Origin: Octopus sinensis | Taxonomy: Eukaryota | Assembly (NCBI RefSeq): GCF_006345805.1 | Contig: NC_043005.1 | Coordinates: forward strand, 45,446,001 to 45,510,000 | Direction: 5' to 3' | DNA length: 64,000 nt | Part shown: positions 1-13,600 of the stretch, in pieces | Layout: each line of letters opens with the position of its first letter | Position numbering within the stretch: the stretch's first letter is position 1 | Translations under genes and position numbers: made by a program | Notes under the pieces: model-generated | What the model was told of the DNA's origin: nothing | The model's database searches: none | Seen by the model: the letters and a program-made list of their open reading frames with translations, nothing else

Positions 1-40
1 GTAGATCTGTCAGCATCGCTGCTCTCAAGAAACTCAAAAT

Positions 41-267
41 GAGTGATTCTCAACCATCTTTTGCCTATGAACTTTTTTGATTCCTATTTTATTCTGATGT
101 GCCACCACCACCACCGTGTTAAAAAAAAATTATACTTTTATAGTTAGATATTATTAGGGATTGTATAAATATTGTTAAAATAATTTTTGCATTGTAGAAG
201 TATAACTAATTTATTGCTCATAAACTTTAATGATGAAATCTTAAATGGACCCCGGTTGAGAACTTAA
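41..267 (+). mobile_element. hAT (Charlie-like) MITE, right end eroded
   Basis: agtgattctcaacc...ggttgagaac; the interior matches the copy at 23627. Confidence 0.6.
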
Positions 268-1570
268 AAATGATAGCTCCCGACAGAGTCCCTAGAGCCC
301 TCTAGGCTCATCTTCAATTCCTGCTTTCAGTGTCCACTCAGAACGTAACTAACAGAAACAACTTCATTGGCATTATTCTTATTTAGAATCAAGTAAGTCA
401 TCACATTTGGATGTAGCATTACTGAATCATTTTTTTTTAGCGTTTATCATTTACTAGTTTCAGTCATTAGACTGTGGCCATGCTGGGACACCACCTTGAA
501 ATGTTTTTAGTCAATCGAATCAACTAAAAAATTATTTAGCTCACCATGAAAAGTTGAATAACTTATTACAATAGTGGACATGACAAATAAGAACAAGAAC
601 TAAGAATAACATAAACCATAAAGATCAAGTAATACATACAACAGCAACACACACGCACAACACTTGAAGTAGCACCTTGCAGATACTCTGACAGTCATAT
701 CACTTGCAAGTGACCTCTCATAATATTGTCTAGACTAAAAGAGATACCAAACTATCAATTCTGGGTACAATAATACAATATATAACTCATCAGTTCTATA
801 TTATTTCTGTTGGTGAAGTGTGGCTAGAATTGAAAGTTTCAAATATCACCTAACAAGACTGCTCATAATGAGAATAGTTTCTGTATGTAGAGTTAATTAC
901 TGTAAGCTATGTTAAATTGATTGACATCAAATGCTGTTGCTAGCTTGGCATTATTAAAACTGTAGCAGAGAGAATGGAAACAATATTTGAAATGTCTTGC
1001 TTGAAGAAACCTGACAGAATTCTTTACTCTAACAAGTGTAGTAACTTATTGTTAATTTAAGATTGATGGCTATTGTATATAATGTTTACTATCTCTTCTT
1101 ATGAATTTATTTACGATAATGTATTGGAGGAAAAACAATTTAGCATTAGACAGCTTGAAATAATCATTCTAATTCCTTGTTGATCACATGACAGGAAGAA
1201 GATACATCTAGACATAGAGATGTCCTCAAGAATGTAGGTGAAAGAGATGAAGTATGATAAGAAAATACTAGTAAAACTGAGCCAACTAATTTTATTTGAC
1301 TGTTTGCTCAATGTGCATTTGCTTTTCCATGCTGGCTGGGTTGGATGAAGACTCAGCAAGGCAGTATTTTATGGATGGACATGCTTACCATCACCAACTT
1401 CTGCCTGTATTTCAAGTAAGGAAGTTTTCATTCCACTGGTTGACATAAATCAAAAACAAAGAGTCACGCAATGTTTTGTTTACAGGGGATGTAAGCATGG
1501 CATTGCTGTTTTTCCTACAAAAACTTTTGGAATGTAAATACTCTTATACACGCATATAAATACATGTGAA

Positions 1571-1862
1571 GGCACATGACCTAATGGCTAGGATATTGCA
1601 CTCACAATCATTAGATCATGGGTTCAATTCCTGGGCTGGGCAGTGCATTGTGTTCTTGAGCAAAACACTTCATTTTACATTGTCCCAGTTCATTCAGCTG
1701 TAAGTGGGTAACCCTGGGATGGAATAGCCTTCCATTCAGGCAAACATGTTGGCCTGCTTGCCTAGTCAGCAGGTTGGTATCATTTGGAAGCTAAAACAAT
1801 GCGAAGTGCATTGTAACCAGCAATGTATAACAATATCTGATAGTTTGGTTGATGCCATGATA
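1571..1862 (+). mobile_element. SINE-D, body type 1
   Basis: Same head and central domain as 44886, different 3' body. Confidence 0.65.
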
Positions 1863-4800
1863 CTGTGATAAACAAACTCACACATACACTTGGCAAGGGA
1901 TGTTTTACACAGTTTCTGTCAATCAGTTTCACTAACAAGGCATTGTCAACCCAAGTCTATGTAGTGGAATAGAACTCAAAACTATGTGGCTATGAAACAA
2001 AACTCCTTATCAACACAGCCACATCTATGTCTCAATAAAAGATGATAATTACTTAGAGACATAAGTTTTATCAAGCTGAGAGGCAGAAGAATACTGCTAC
2101 ATGAAAAATGATAAACAGCAAATAAAACCACCAACAACAACAACAATAAAAGCATGACTATCGGGATAACATTTCTTATGAAGAGTGATGCTGTTTTAGC
2201 TTGCATTTTTTAGCTAGAACTGCTTTAAATTCATGCTTTCTGACTAATTAAAGTGGTTTTGTAAAATGATATCCTATTAGATATTTCCATTAAGTCTGCC
2301 AGTGCATCTCGCATAAATGTTTTCTGAGAGAGCAAATTAACTTTGGATGAGTTTAAAGCATGGCCAGCCTGCTACAAGTGAACACAGGTGTAGTCAGTTA
2401 ATAAATCTGATGCAATCTATCTAAAGATCCAGCAATCAGCTTTCCCAAGGAACAACTTTGTAACAATGCTTAGTGTGTCATTCACTTCTCAGCATTAAAC
2501 AATTCTTGAAGAACTATTGCTACACACATAGAAACACAGATATATATATATATGGCATATCAGGCTATTAAAGTTTACACACCACGCTATCTGCACGCCA
2601 TGACCTAGAATAATTAGGCTACTTCAAGTCTTGCTTTAAATTTAGAGAGAGAACACTAGTTTCTTTATTTGGCATAGGAACGAATTTGGTATGTTTCTGT
2701 GAGTCAGAAAGGTTACTAATTAGTAATGGACAGCTGAGCAGGAGTCATAAAATAACCCAGTAGTTGACAAAGAGGGTAAACATTTATGGGGAAGAAATTG
2801 AAAACAAATTCAAACAATTGTTGATACAATACTGACTGTGGGGGGTCATAATGGAAACAATCTAGGAAAATATAGACAACCATATTATTTCAGTAGTAGA
2901 GCTGCTAGAAATAGCAACTAAATTTCCCTCAGATTTCATCCTACTTTCTTATAAAAATGAAGGCAACATTTGAAAATGTTGAATAATAAGATTGACAAAC
3001 ATGACTGAAACAACTTTGAGCAAAGGCCAGCTTGACCTGGGGTTAAACAATAACAATATAAATTTTTGCAGATCTTTGGAGAATCCATATAAATTAGTAT
3101 TCATATATTTGGGCCCATGATGTGATGAGAGAGAGAGAGAGAGAGGGCGGAGAATCATTTATTACAGAGAATGTAGGCTGAAACTGAACATACAGAGATT
3201 TAATATAAAGATGGTACAACCTACGGCTTAGCAGACTGGTGACTATGGTATTTCACTAATGTTGAAAAGACTCCATTCAAAAGTTGATCACTTTAGTACA
3301 AATTAAACTTGTCATGACTTTAAGCAGCCTGACAAGGTGTTATATAAATCTTTGTATTAACAGGTAAATGTCCATATTCTACAGCATTAAAAAAAATATA
3401 GCACTAACTTCAGGAAAATCTAATTTTCCTGGCCAAAGCTGAGAAGTTTAAGGCTAGCTGTTGGGAAACTTTTGTATGCAACTTACTTCGTTCCAGTAAC
3501 TTTGTAAGGTTTTATTTACTCAGAACAAAAGCAGGATTTGTAAGATTTTTTACTTGGAACAAAAACAACCCTTACAAAATATATTCAGTGTAAGACATTC
3601 TTCCATCTAAACTCAGTGAACCACTCAAAGACTCTGTAGTGGTTATATATAGTCAGTAAAAGGTGTTGCTGTGGCTGCATGTATGTTATTACAATAGTTC
3701 ATAAAGAGATGAAGAATAAATTCAAGACCTGTGTATTTACTACATAAAAATATATTTTATTTACTGATCGATGATGATACACAGAATCAAAATGTAGAAT
3801 CTAGTTGAATGAAGTAATCTATGCAAAGTTCAGAGACAGAAAATGTAGCAATAACAGGTAAGTGGTGGTTTTCAATCATGTGGTGTAGAGAAATAGATGG
3901 ACATATCAATGACGTGAATGGCTCTCTAATCTAATCAACTAAGAAACAAAGAGCAGGGTTAGCAAGCTGTTTTTACTAATGGAACACTAGAGATTCTAGA
4001 AACTTCCAAGAGAAATTCCAAGCTTCTTGAATAATTAAGCATCACGTCTCATGACACAGATGCTTCAAGAAACTTAGAAAAGGGAGGTTATGCTATAATC
4101 TTTCTTGCGAGGGAGATCATTCAACTATTTAGCTACGTAGACCACTACAACTCACACATTTGTAAACATTTGAATTATTATAATGATTTTGCATTCATTT
4201 TTCTATTCTTGCATGGCTTAGATGTGTCTTTGTTAGCACATCTTGCTACTTGTAATAGTCCTTTATTGTTTCCTTCATGGGGCTCAGCATTTCTTTCCAA
4301 GTCTTTCACTTTCATAAGTCCATTCCATATGGATTGCTTAGTCCTTCTTAAAGCACCTGTTTTCTCTTTCCCCCACTACCCATTACATATCCATACCAGC
4401 ACACCACTCCTCCTTACACAAAACACCTAATTCCTTTTATACCCAGTTTTTCTCTCAGCTCGTTATTAATGCTCAATTGTTCTTGTACACTAGCATTACT
4501 CATCCAGGGTAGCATGCTTCCCCTATTTCTTTTTCAACTTTGCACATTCTCCATATTCAGCAACCATGTTTCACTACTAAACAGTATTATATTAATACTA
4601 AAACACTGTACAATCTGGCCATCGATCAAGGAGAGAATACCTATGTTGCCAAAAGAGTTAGTAGCTCCCTACTATACTTACAGATACACACCTCCATAGC
4701 TAATTATATCAACAAGAGAACTTAAGCTGTGAAATACTTCTAGGGACCATGAAATATTGAAAGGAATTCATTTAATGAGTACTCTTACTGCTAACTACTA

Positions 4801-5262
4801 AAGGCACTAATGTGGTTATATCATCCATCTCTAACTTACTCATGCAATCACAGCTTTCATTGGGTAGATGTACTGTAGGTAATTTCTATTAATTTTTTTT
4901 CTGTATACTAAAAGCAACCATTTCCTAGATGGCAGGAGGATCCAGACTTCTTACTTTCTACCTAAAACTTTCGTCTGAGCTGAATTTACTTTTTGACCTC
5001 TTATTTCTAGGTTTCACTTCCATGTTTGGAAATTTTCCTTCAGGTCTTCAAATAGAATAAGCTATTGGAACAAAATAAGTTGCATACAGACGTTTCCCAA
5101 CAGCTTGCCTTACACTTCTCAGCTATGGCCAGGAAACTGAATAAAAGAGGGTGGAGGACTGAACCCTGACGGCAGCCTTTCAGCAAGTTAGTTTCTCACT
5201 AAACTCATTAATGATACTCAACTTATTGAAGATATTTCTGCATATATATTGCATTTCATTAA

Positions 5263-5480
5263 CCCTTTCGTTACCAACCTGGCTGAAACCGGCTCTGGAT
5301 CTGAGTACAAATGTCTTGTTTTCATAAGTTTTGAATTAAAATCTTCCACCAAACCTTAGTCACAATTTATGTTCCTAACAGTAGCTAAATGATAACTGTT
5401 ATTTTACTAAATTCTTTGTTATATTTAAAGTAATTGAAAGAAACACAGAGCATCTCAAAATAAATACAGTAACAAAAGGG
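5263..5480. mobile_element. piggyBac-type MITE
   Basis: TTAA|ccctttcgttac...gtaacaaaaggg|TTAA; 11/12 TIR match; TTAA target duplication. Confidence 0.8.
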
Positions 5481-6755
5481 TTAATAAGATTTTAAGTACA
5501 AACTTCTGTAGTTGTCTCACAAGGAAGAGTGTCAATGACATCCCATTCTGCTACAAACTTAAACAGTATCATATGTAAGGTAATACTCTATATGATCAAT
5601 TGTGCTATAACTCCTTCTGTTACTTTCATCCCTTGGTCAATCAATCTAATGTCTCAGTAGCTGTTTCTTTCAAGAGCATTTCATTTGCCCTAGTAGTAAT
5701 TGATGATACTGCTTCTAAGCTAGTCACGGAGTATGGCATCTGCATGTACTAGTTGATTGATGTAATATCAAAATAAGTACCATGAGTACCAGTTTGTACA
5801 CATGTCCTTCATCAGTAATGTGTATGTATGCATGTGTGTGTGTGTGTGTGTAAATACAAACTTATATTCTACTCCTCTAAATTCTCTTTATAAGGTATCG
5901 GTCAATTTAAAGTTATAGGGTGTATGTGCCCAAAGTACTGTGCAATGAAACTGAACTCAGAACCACACGATTGTGAAGCAAACTTCTTAACCACACACCC
6001 ATGCCTATGCATGTGTGTATAATCATTAATAATCCATATATCATTACATCAGTAGCTACTAAGCTAGGTAGAAAGTACAGCAGTAAGTCAATGAACTAAG
6101 TCTGTGGCCCACTTAATTCCTATTGGGCACTGTTTTACATATATCACTCACTCCTGGGAAATACACAAACACTATGACCTTGCAAAGCCTTGCTTTATAT
6201 ACATGCATAATTCAATGACTATGTGAGACATATTATATCAATTAGTCAGATATATTATAAGACATTAAGAGAGGAGGATGGGTTGCAAACCCAATATTCA
6301 GTAAAAATTTGCAAAGGGTCTCTCTTTTTAATATACCAGCACCCCAAGAAAAGACTATTTAATTTGAGTTTCTCACTTATATAATTTGATATTATATAAT
6401 TGACACTACCTTTTATCTTTTACATGCTTCAGTCATTAAACTGTGGCCATGCTGGGGCACCACCCTTCAATTTTTAGTCAAATGGTTGTTAATTATTCAA
6501 AATTTATTTAAAAAATACTAATTTTAAGCATAAATAACCTACAAGGAAGTCTATGTAGCCATTTAATTTGTAAGAAACAGCACCTAAATCTTCCTCTAAT
6601 CACACCCTACAGTCCTTTTAACAAGGATACTATGGATAATGTAGTCTCCACAGTTTGAAAAGAGAAAACAGATGAAAACTGGAACACTGTCGATCCTACG
6701 CCTGTTGGTTCAAGGCTGATCTGGTGTTAAGCAACAACATAATAATAATAACCCT

Positions 6756-7289
6756 GATGCAATACCAGACATTGGCTCTCATGGCTTCTTATCTTAACTG
6801 ACTGGAAGTATTATCATGTACATATTTTGCCTTGGTGTTAAAGAAGGGTTACAGCAAGTATCCTACTCAATACCATGTATTTGCTTGTCAGTTGATTGAT
6901 CTTAACCAGTTGAGGCTAACAATATGTGCATCTCTGATCATGAGCAGAAATAGTTGGGGAGGATCATAGCCATATGTTGAGAAGAATTTTTGGGGGTTTG
7001 AATTATTTAACTCAGGAAACATGGGTGTTTCATTCAACATCCTTAAACAATCCTTATTTTGACCAGGATGGGCTACTCGACCTGAAGAAAATTCTAACTG
7101 GGCTCCACCTGCAAGGTCATGTGCTGTTTAGCTTGATACGAAATCACCATGTTGTACACATATGGTTGTGATGTATGTGTCTGATGTACCCTTATCAGAC
7201 AGGTAGTCATGATGGGTATACCAGGCTTCATATATTTGTACCCCAGTTTCACTTTGATGGCATGTGGTATTATTATTAGTAATAATAAT
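6756..7289 (+). mobile_element. Unclassified ~530-bp interspersed element in an (AAT)n context
   Basis: End-to-end homologous to 48755-49278; no A/B boxes, TIRs or recognisable ORF. Confidence 0.7.
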
Positions 7290-7371
7290 GGTTTTAAATT
7301 TTGGCAGAAGGCCAGGAATTTTGGAGAAGGGGTTCAGTTGATTACATTGACCACAATATTCAATATACTGA

Positions 7372-7692
7372 AAAAGAAGGGACATAAGCCAAGCATACAA
7401 AGGTTAAAAAAAGATGGTGGGGAGGATGATAGAGATATCGCCTTCATGATACAAGAAGGCCTCCAGGGATAATCGAGGAACCCTTCTGTCTGAGATTTCC
7501 CTGAAACCCCAAGAGCAAGTGCCCTCTCCAATTCCTTCTCTCTGACTCACAGGTCTATACGTAGAGAGGTACCATCAACCCTTGCCATTTTCGTAAATTT
7601 CATTCACCTTTCAATAAACTCACTAGAAGACAGTACTTCCCTCTCCACTCTCACTTTCCTTTTCAAGTGAAACTTGATGAAGTCAATGGAGG
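7372..7692 (-). mobile_element. L1/Tx1-like LINE 3' fragment
   Basis: IDFIKFHLKRKVRVEREVLSSSEFIER*MKFTKMARVDG..L* resembles the L1/Tx1 ORF2 C-terminus (from memory); a pyrimidine-rich 3' UTR follows. Confidence 0.5.
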
Positions 7693-7886
7693 CAAAATGT
7701 ATTCCTGTAGACAGATGGATAGAGGAAATAAGCATAAAACATAGTTTAGTGTATCTCCAGAAAATAGTGTTGCAATGGACAGCTAGGATACTTAGGAAGG
7801 CTTTTGGCATCTAAGGTTACTTGTTGTTAAGAATTTTTCTTTTCCAATAATTTAATCTGTTGTGCATATGTGAAATAATAATAATA
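7693..7886 (+). mobile_element. R4/Dong-clade extreme 3' end, third family
   Basis: DRWIEEISIKHSLVYLQKIVLQWTARILRKAFGI*, then a short UTR ending in aataataataat. Confidence 0.6.
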
Positions 7887-8135
7887 AAACTGTCATGAAA
7901 ATCATCATTTGGTTGTAACTTTTGTTCTGCTGCTTCACAAAGTGATTTTGATTTTATTTAAGAGATTAATAGAGAAAATGATTTAGTCTAGTTATCTTGC
8001 TATTTATGGGCGTAGGTAGAATCTTTAATTACCACAAAAGATTGATCTCATTTATTCACCCAGTTTCATATATATATATATATAGATAAGTATGTAGATG
8101 TATAGACATGTATCTCTTTCTCTCTCTCCCTGTGT

Positions 8136-8170
<35 letters not shown>

Positions 8171-11100
8171 AATGCATGTGTGTGTTGATGTTTTCAATAT
8201 TTCTGATAGACAATATTTATGGTGAGAAAAGTTCCGTGTTAAGTTGCAGATGAAGGCAAATAAAAGTAGCAATTTCCACAGTAGACCTATTTCTGACAGA
8301 CACATCAAGAAAGGTGGTACAATTCAATTTGAATTGGTGGAATATGTTTAGTAAGAAAATGGAACACATGGCTCTAGTTTGATAGAAAGTGAAAGACAAG
8401 AGAGAAAGAGATAGACAAGCAGTTTGTCAGTTTCTTTTAAGAGATAGAAGTCTCTAATCTTAGCAATTGCAGAGGTGCGTGTGTGTGTGTACGTATATGT
8501 GTATATGTTCCTAAACTATTTAGGAACAATGGTTTACGGATTCTAAAGACAGAGCAGAATATAAACATTTCATTTCTTTATTTCATGCATTGCATCCAAA
8601 ACTGTATTATTTGATGTGTATTACCTTTGTTTTTATATATTATCTTTAGATAAGTTGTAATTTGAGAGAGATTTGGCTGTTGCTCCTAGCAGAGAGTAAC
8701 CATGTGGTGGCTGAGATTCCATTATTGGCTTATTCAAAGTAAAATAGCATCTGTGGTTGGTAATTTCAGGAAGGTTAAATGCAAAGTAGTACACGTACTG
8801 CCACAAATAATCAGAATAGACTTTTCAGTGTTTCTGGATAATTTGTTGACTTAAATAATAAGAGAATACATAGCGTATTGTGTGTGGTGGAGAATATCAT
8901 GGTGTGGATAGTAATAATGAAAGCAATCATCAGAAGGTCTAATGGGAACATCATTGTGGTTATTAGGTGTCAGAGTAATTGATCAGAGCTGCAAGTTGTT
9001 AAAGGACAGGTTAAATAGATTTCGAAAAGTTGGAAAGAAGATCATGGATCTAAAGTTGAAATTATCAAGATCAAATTGTAGAGAGTGGTAAATGGTTTAA
9101 CCTCCATACTAGTTAAGTTGGGAGTAGAGTGAGCAAAGCCAACAGGAGTGTTACATGCTTTGAAGAATAGCTGTGCAAATAATGCAACAACGCCTTCTTG
9201 TTATTGAATTTGTACAGAACAGATCAATTTCTATAAGACAAAACAGCAAACTATACAAAGTATAATTAATATTTCCTGTAATTACTGAAGGCTATAAACC
9301 AGTTATAAATCAAACAAAGAATTCCAGTGTGATATACTTTTGAGATGAATTACACATCTTATAGGATTTTAAGTATTAAGAGAAAAACATATTAATAAAA
9401 GTATGCAGTGTGAAATTTCAATTACAAAATAAAACTGTTCGATATCAATTGAAAAAGATAACATGGATGCCATTTGTAAACTAAGTTAAAAACTAAGATA
9501 AATTCCTAATTATAGCTAGATTACATACTTGTCTTAGATATTTAATGTTAATATATTTTACTCTCCCAACATTTATTTAGCTCTCTCGAAGCAGTGGAAA
9601 ATGGTTTCTATCAAGATCAATGTGAACATGTCTCTTGTTCTATATATATTCTGCTACAAGAAGATAATATATATTTAAAAAAAAAAAGTTATTTTTCCCA
9701 TTATATAGAGTTAACCTTCAAGAGTTTGTATGTAAATGTGAGGTAGTACCAAAATGAAGCTAGTAAAACTATAAAACCATGTCCAATATAAAAAATAGTT
9801 AAACTTTCAGAGAAACAGAGACAGATAAACAGACCAACAGATGGAGAGAGACATAAGAGGTAAACAGATAGACAAACACATAAACAGACGGATAGGCAGG
9901 CCAATGGAGAATTAAGAAGGATGGACAGAGAGAGAGGATGTGTAAAAATTGAAAATTAGTAAAGATTCAAAATGTGTATAAAGTTAATAGAATAATTTAG
10001 TGACAACAAATTAACATGTATTAGTGAATTTACACAAAACTAACATTATTAAAGACTGCTCTCTTAACACTAAAGATGTTGCAAACATAGCTATTTAACT
10101 AGGTTATCACCAACATTTCTTTCGGCAATTATTATTATCAAAATAATCAGTTTCTTGTGAGAAAGAAAGAAAGAAAGGAAGAACTAACAAGAAAGAAAGA
10201 AGGAAATAACTTGTCCACAACTCATTAAGATTGCTGTTAAATGAAGGAAAACTGTATCAGAGCATCTAATAATGTTTTGGTTTTACATTAACATCCAGCC
10301 TCTCATTACAAATTTATATTGCTAGAAGCATAGGCAGTTTTACACTTTTAATTTTATAATCAATTAAACAGTGATTTAAAAGTTTCATGATAAACTAACA
10401 TTTTTGTTTTTGGATGATGAAGAATGAAAAAGAAAAAAAAAGAAAAAACACAAAAAGAAAATGTTGCCCCTTGACAGATTTTGATTAAAACCCAAACTGA
10501 CAAAGATGGATATCTGATTGCACATACACTAGTAAACAAACTAATCAAAGAAGCAATTTCAAAGTATATTTTTAACTTAGATAAAGAGGTTGATGAAAAA
10601 GAAAAGGAGAGAGAGAAGGAAACTAATAAAATAGCAGTGTTGTCTATTTTATGTATATATGTGCATGCATGCATGTGTGGTGTGTATGCATGATTGTGCT
10701 TTATTTAACTGTTTACAGGAAATATTTATATAAAAAAAAACCTACGAAATTAAAATGGATATTTTACAGTATCTTGTAAATAAATGAAGCTTAAAGATAT
10801 CTTTCTTTTTACACGCACACAATATACACACAAACACCGTATACACACAAAAAAGGATACACACAAACAATCCATAAACACAAAATACAAAACACACACA
10901 TATACACAAATACAAAATACTCATACACACACATACATACCCACCACAACACTATCTAACTGATACTTCATTGCACCACACCAAAATATTTTCTCCAGTC
11001 TAACAATACTTATTAATAGTCAGTCTATAGGTGCTGATACACCTAAATCTATCTCTCTTTACTAAGATTTCACTCTTGATTTCTACAACATACAGCTTCA

Positions 11101-11237
11101 TTAACTTTCTTATCATACTGCAATTATTAAGTAAAAATAAGCTATCATACTCTAATCTCTTGGTTCCACTCACCCTCTCAGCTGACAAGTCCTTTTCTTG
11201 TCTTGCAAGGTCACAGGTGTTGGGGGCCATGTAAAAG

Positions 11238-11861
11238 AAAAGCATCTGTGCTGGTGCCACATGAAAAGCACCTGTGCTGGTGTTACGTATAAAGGACCTG
11301 TGCTGGTGCCACGCATAAAGCACCTGTGCTGGTGCCACATATTAAGCACCTGTGCTGGTGCCACATATTAAGCACCTGTACTGGTGCCACATATTAGCAC
11401 CTGTACTGGTACTGCATATTAAGCACCTGTGCTGGTTCCACATATAAAGCACCTGAGCTGGTATCACATATAAAGCACCTGTGCTGGTGCCACATATAAA
11501 ACACCAGTGCTGGTACCACATATAAAGCACCTGTGCTGGCACCACATATAAAGCACCTGTGCTGGTGCCATACATAATGCACCTGTGCTGGTGCCGTACA
11601 TAAAGCACCTGTGCTGGTGCCACATATAAAGCACCAGCGCTGGCACCACATACAAAGCACCAGCATTGGTGCCACATTAAAAAGCACCAGTGCTCGTACT
11701 ATGCAAAAAGCACCTATGCTAGTACCATGTATAGAGCACCTGTGCTGGTGCCACATAAAAAAGTACTAGTGATAGTACTATGCAAAAAGCACTGGTGCTG
11801 CTGCCACACATAAAACACCCATGCTGGTGCCATGTATAAAGCACCTGTACTGGTGGACAAT
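11238..11861 (+). repeat. Minisatellite of ~24 x 26-bp units (aaagcacctgtgctggtgccacatat)
   Basis: Counted by eye; each unit has a GCACC..GGTGC dyad; runs directly into a C-type tail. Confidence 0.9.
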
Positions 11862-12047
11862 AAAAAGCGCCCAGTATATTCTGTAAAGTGGTTGATGTTA
11901 GGAAGGGCATCCAACCATAGAAACCATGTCAAAACAGACAACTAGAGCCTGGTGCAGCTCTCTGGCTTGCCAACTCCTGTCAAACTGTCCAACCCATACC
12001 AGCATGGAAATAGACATTAAATGACGATGATGATGATGATAATGATG
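11862..12047 (+). mobile_element. C-type (GAT)n-tailed retroposon 3' module; other copies at 15346-15575(-), 17051-17225(-), 17320-17530(+), 21353-21540(+), 50598-50747(-)
   Basis: Shared ggttggcgttaggaagggcatccagc..ccatgctagcatggaaa..(gat)n; always 5'-truncated. Probably an RTE-type LINE 3' UTR (inference). Confidence 0.75.
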
Positions 12048-12234
12048 AACTAGTAAAATGACGTGTATGTTTGGTAAACATTTTGAGAGATGACACAATC
12101 TGTATTCACAGTCACTGCCTCATGATGGCTAAACATTAACACAAAATGAGTTAATCATCATCAGTTAATTAATACACATGACTCTCACAGAATGGAGTCA
12201 CAATTGATTCAGTCACTGAGATATGAAAATGATT

Positions 12235-12419
12235 CTTTTACCTTTTTCTTTTAATAGTTTTAATCAGACTGTGGCCATGCTGGAGCATCACCTTGAAAAG
12301 TTTTTAGTCGAGTGAACTGACACCAGTATTTCTTTTTTTTTAAGCCTGGTACTTATTCTATCAGTCTCTTTTGCTGAACTGTTAAATTACTGGGACATCA
12401 CAGTCACAAAGACACACAC

Positions 12420-12460
<41 letters not shown>

Positions 12461-12632
12461 CATATATATAATGGGTTTCTGTCAGTTTTCATCTACCAAA
12501 CCCACTCACAAGGCTTTGGTCAGTTTGAGGCTATAATACAAGATGCTTGTCCAAGGCACCATGCAGTGGGAGTGAACTCAGAACCATGTGGTTAAGAATC
12601 AAGCTTCTTACCAAACAGCCATGCCTGTACCT
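12235..12632 (-). mobile_element. SINE-A (tRNA-headed, internal TA/TG microsatellite, TAAAAG tail)
   Basis: Homologous end to end to the intact copy at 43040. Confidence 0.8.
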
Positions 12633-12649
12633 ATTGGCTACGATTCACA

Positions 12650-13140
12650 GACATTCACTTCCATCTCCCTTCCTCTTTCAATAATCTTCATTCTCCTGAA
12701 CCTCTTCATTACATACTGTGCTGTCCTGAGAAATGTGCACAATGAGCAGTTGACCGGGGTCCTCAGGGCCAATTCTAATCTATGTATTGCTGTCAATAAA
12801 TACTACAACATCCAAGGCACTCTTTTGCCCAGGGGCCTATATACTATTGCAAAGGCAATCTTGGTTACATACATTTTCCATCAAAGCCCACAAGACCCAT
12901 TTGACTTCTTTTGTCATAATTACTGTATTCCCACCCTCTAGGCTCTCATACTAGACACATCACCCAGAATTCTCTCTCCACACAAGATGTGCATCCTTCA
13001 GAAATCCTACCCCCACCCGTCCGCCTGCCACCACTACTGCTGCTTACGTTTCTTCCGTGCAGACAAGAGCCTCAATGATTTCATGCTCAGTATCAATCTC
13101 GTTCAATACAGAACAGTAAGGACTGCAAAAAATAACATTA
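12650..13140 (-). mobile_element. Possible highly degraded LINE AP-endonuclease fragment
   Basis: Scattered motifs ALVCTEET..GGRVGVG, IAFAIVYRP and VVFIDSN..IG in the expected order, with many stops. Confidence 0.3.
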
Positions 13141-13569
13141 GACACTTCAATACTGAAGGTGATAGTGGAGAAGAAGGAGGAAGAGATGAAGCAGAAGAAG
13201 AAAGAAGCAAGAGAAGAAGAAGAAGATCATCATTATCATTATTATTAAAATGTCCACTTTTCCATGATTGCAAAGGTCCTAAGAATTTTTTGGGGTAAGG
13301 TAGATTTTCTAAAGCCTGATGGTCTTCCTGTCACTAAACCTCAGCTGTTTCCATGCAAGCTAATATTTCCCCAAGTTCTTCAAATGGCTAGAAATGTTGT
13401 CACAAAAGGTTACAAATGACACCACTTGTATGATGGTGATATTTGTTTACAACTAGCATCAATGTTGAGATGCACACATACACACACATGCATGTGTGTG
13501 TTTATACATATATGTTTGGGTGTGTCTGTATATGTGTGTGTATGTGTATATGTATATGCGAGTGTATGA

Positions 13570-13599
<30 letters not shown>

Positions 13600-13600
<1 letters not shown>

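Noticed and set aside
4469-4725. Peptide faintly like a Penelope linker (PKELVAPYYTYRYTP..IANYI)
   Set aside because: No RT or GIY-YIG motif nearby; too weak to call.
5085-5125. CTGAGAAG...GAAACGTC hammerhead-like words on the minus strand
   Set aside because: No convincing stem I or stem II, and the sister copy at 3424 lacks GAAACGTC.
9738-9748. tgaggtagta, the let-7 5' sequence
   Set aside because: Only 10 nt match and no precursor hairpin.
11238-11861. Palindromic repeat array resembling CRISPR, and the HQHRC/APAQV-repeat ORFs over it
   Set aside because: Units are contiguous with no unique spacers, there are no cas genes, and the context is eukaryotic. The ORFs are translations of a non-triplet minisatellite open in several frames.
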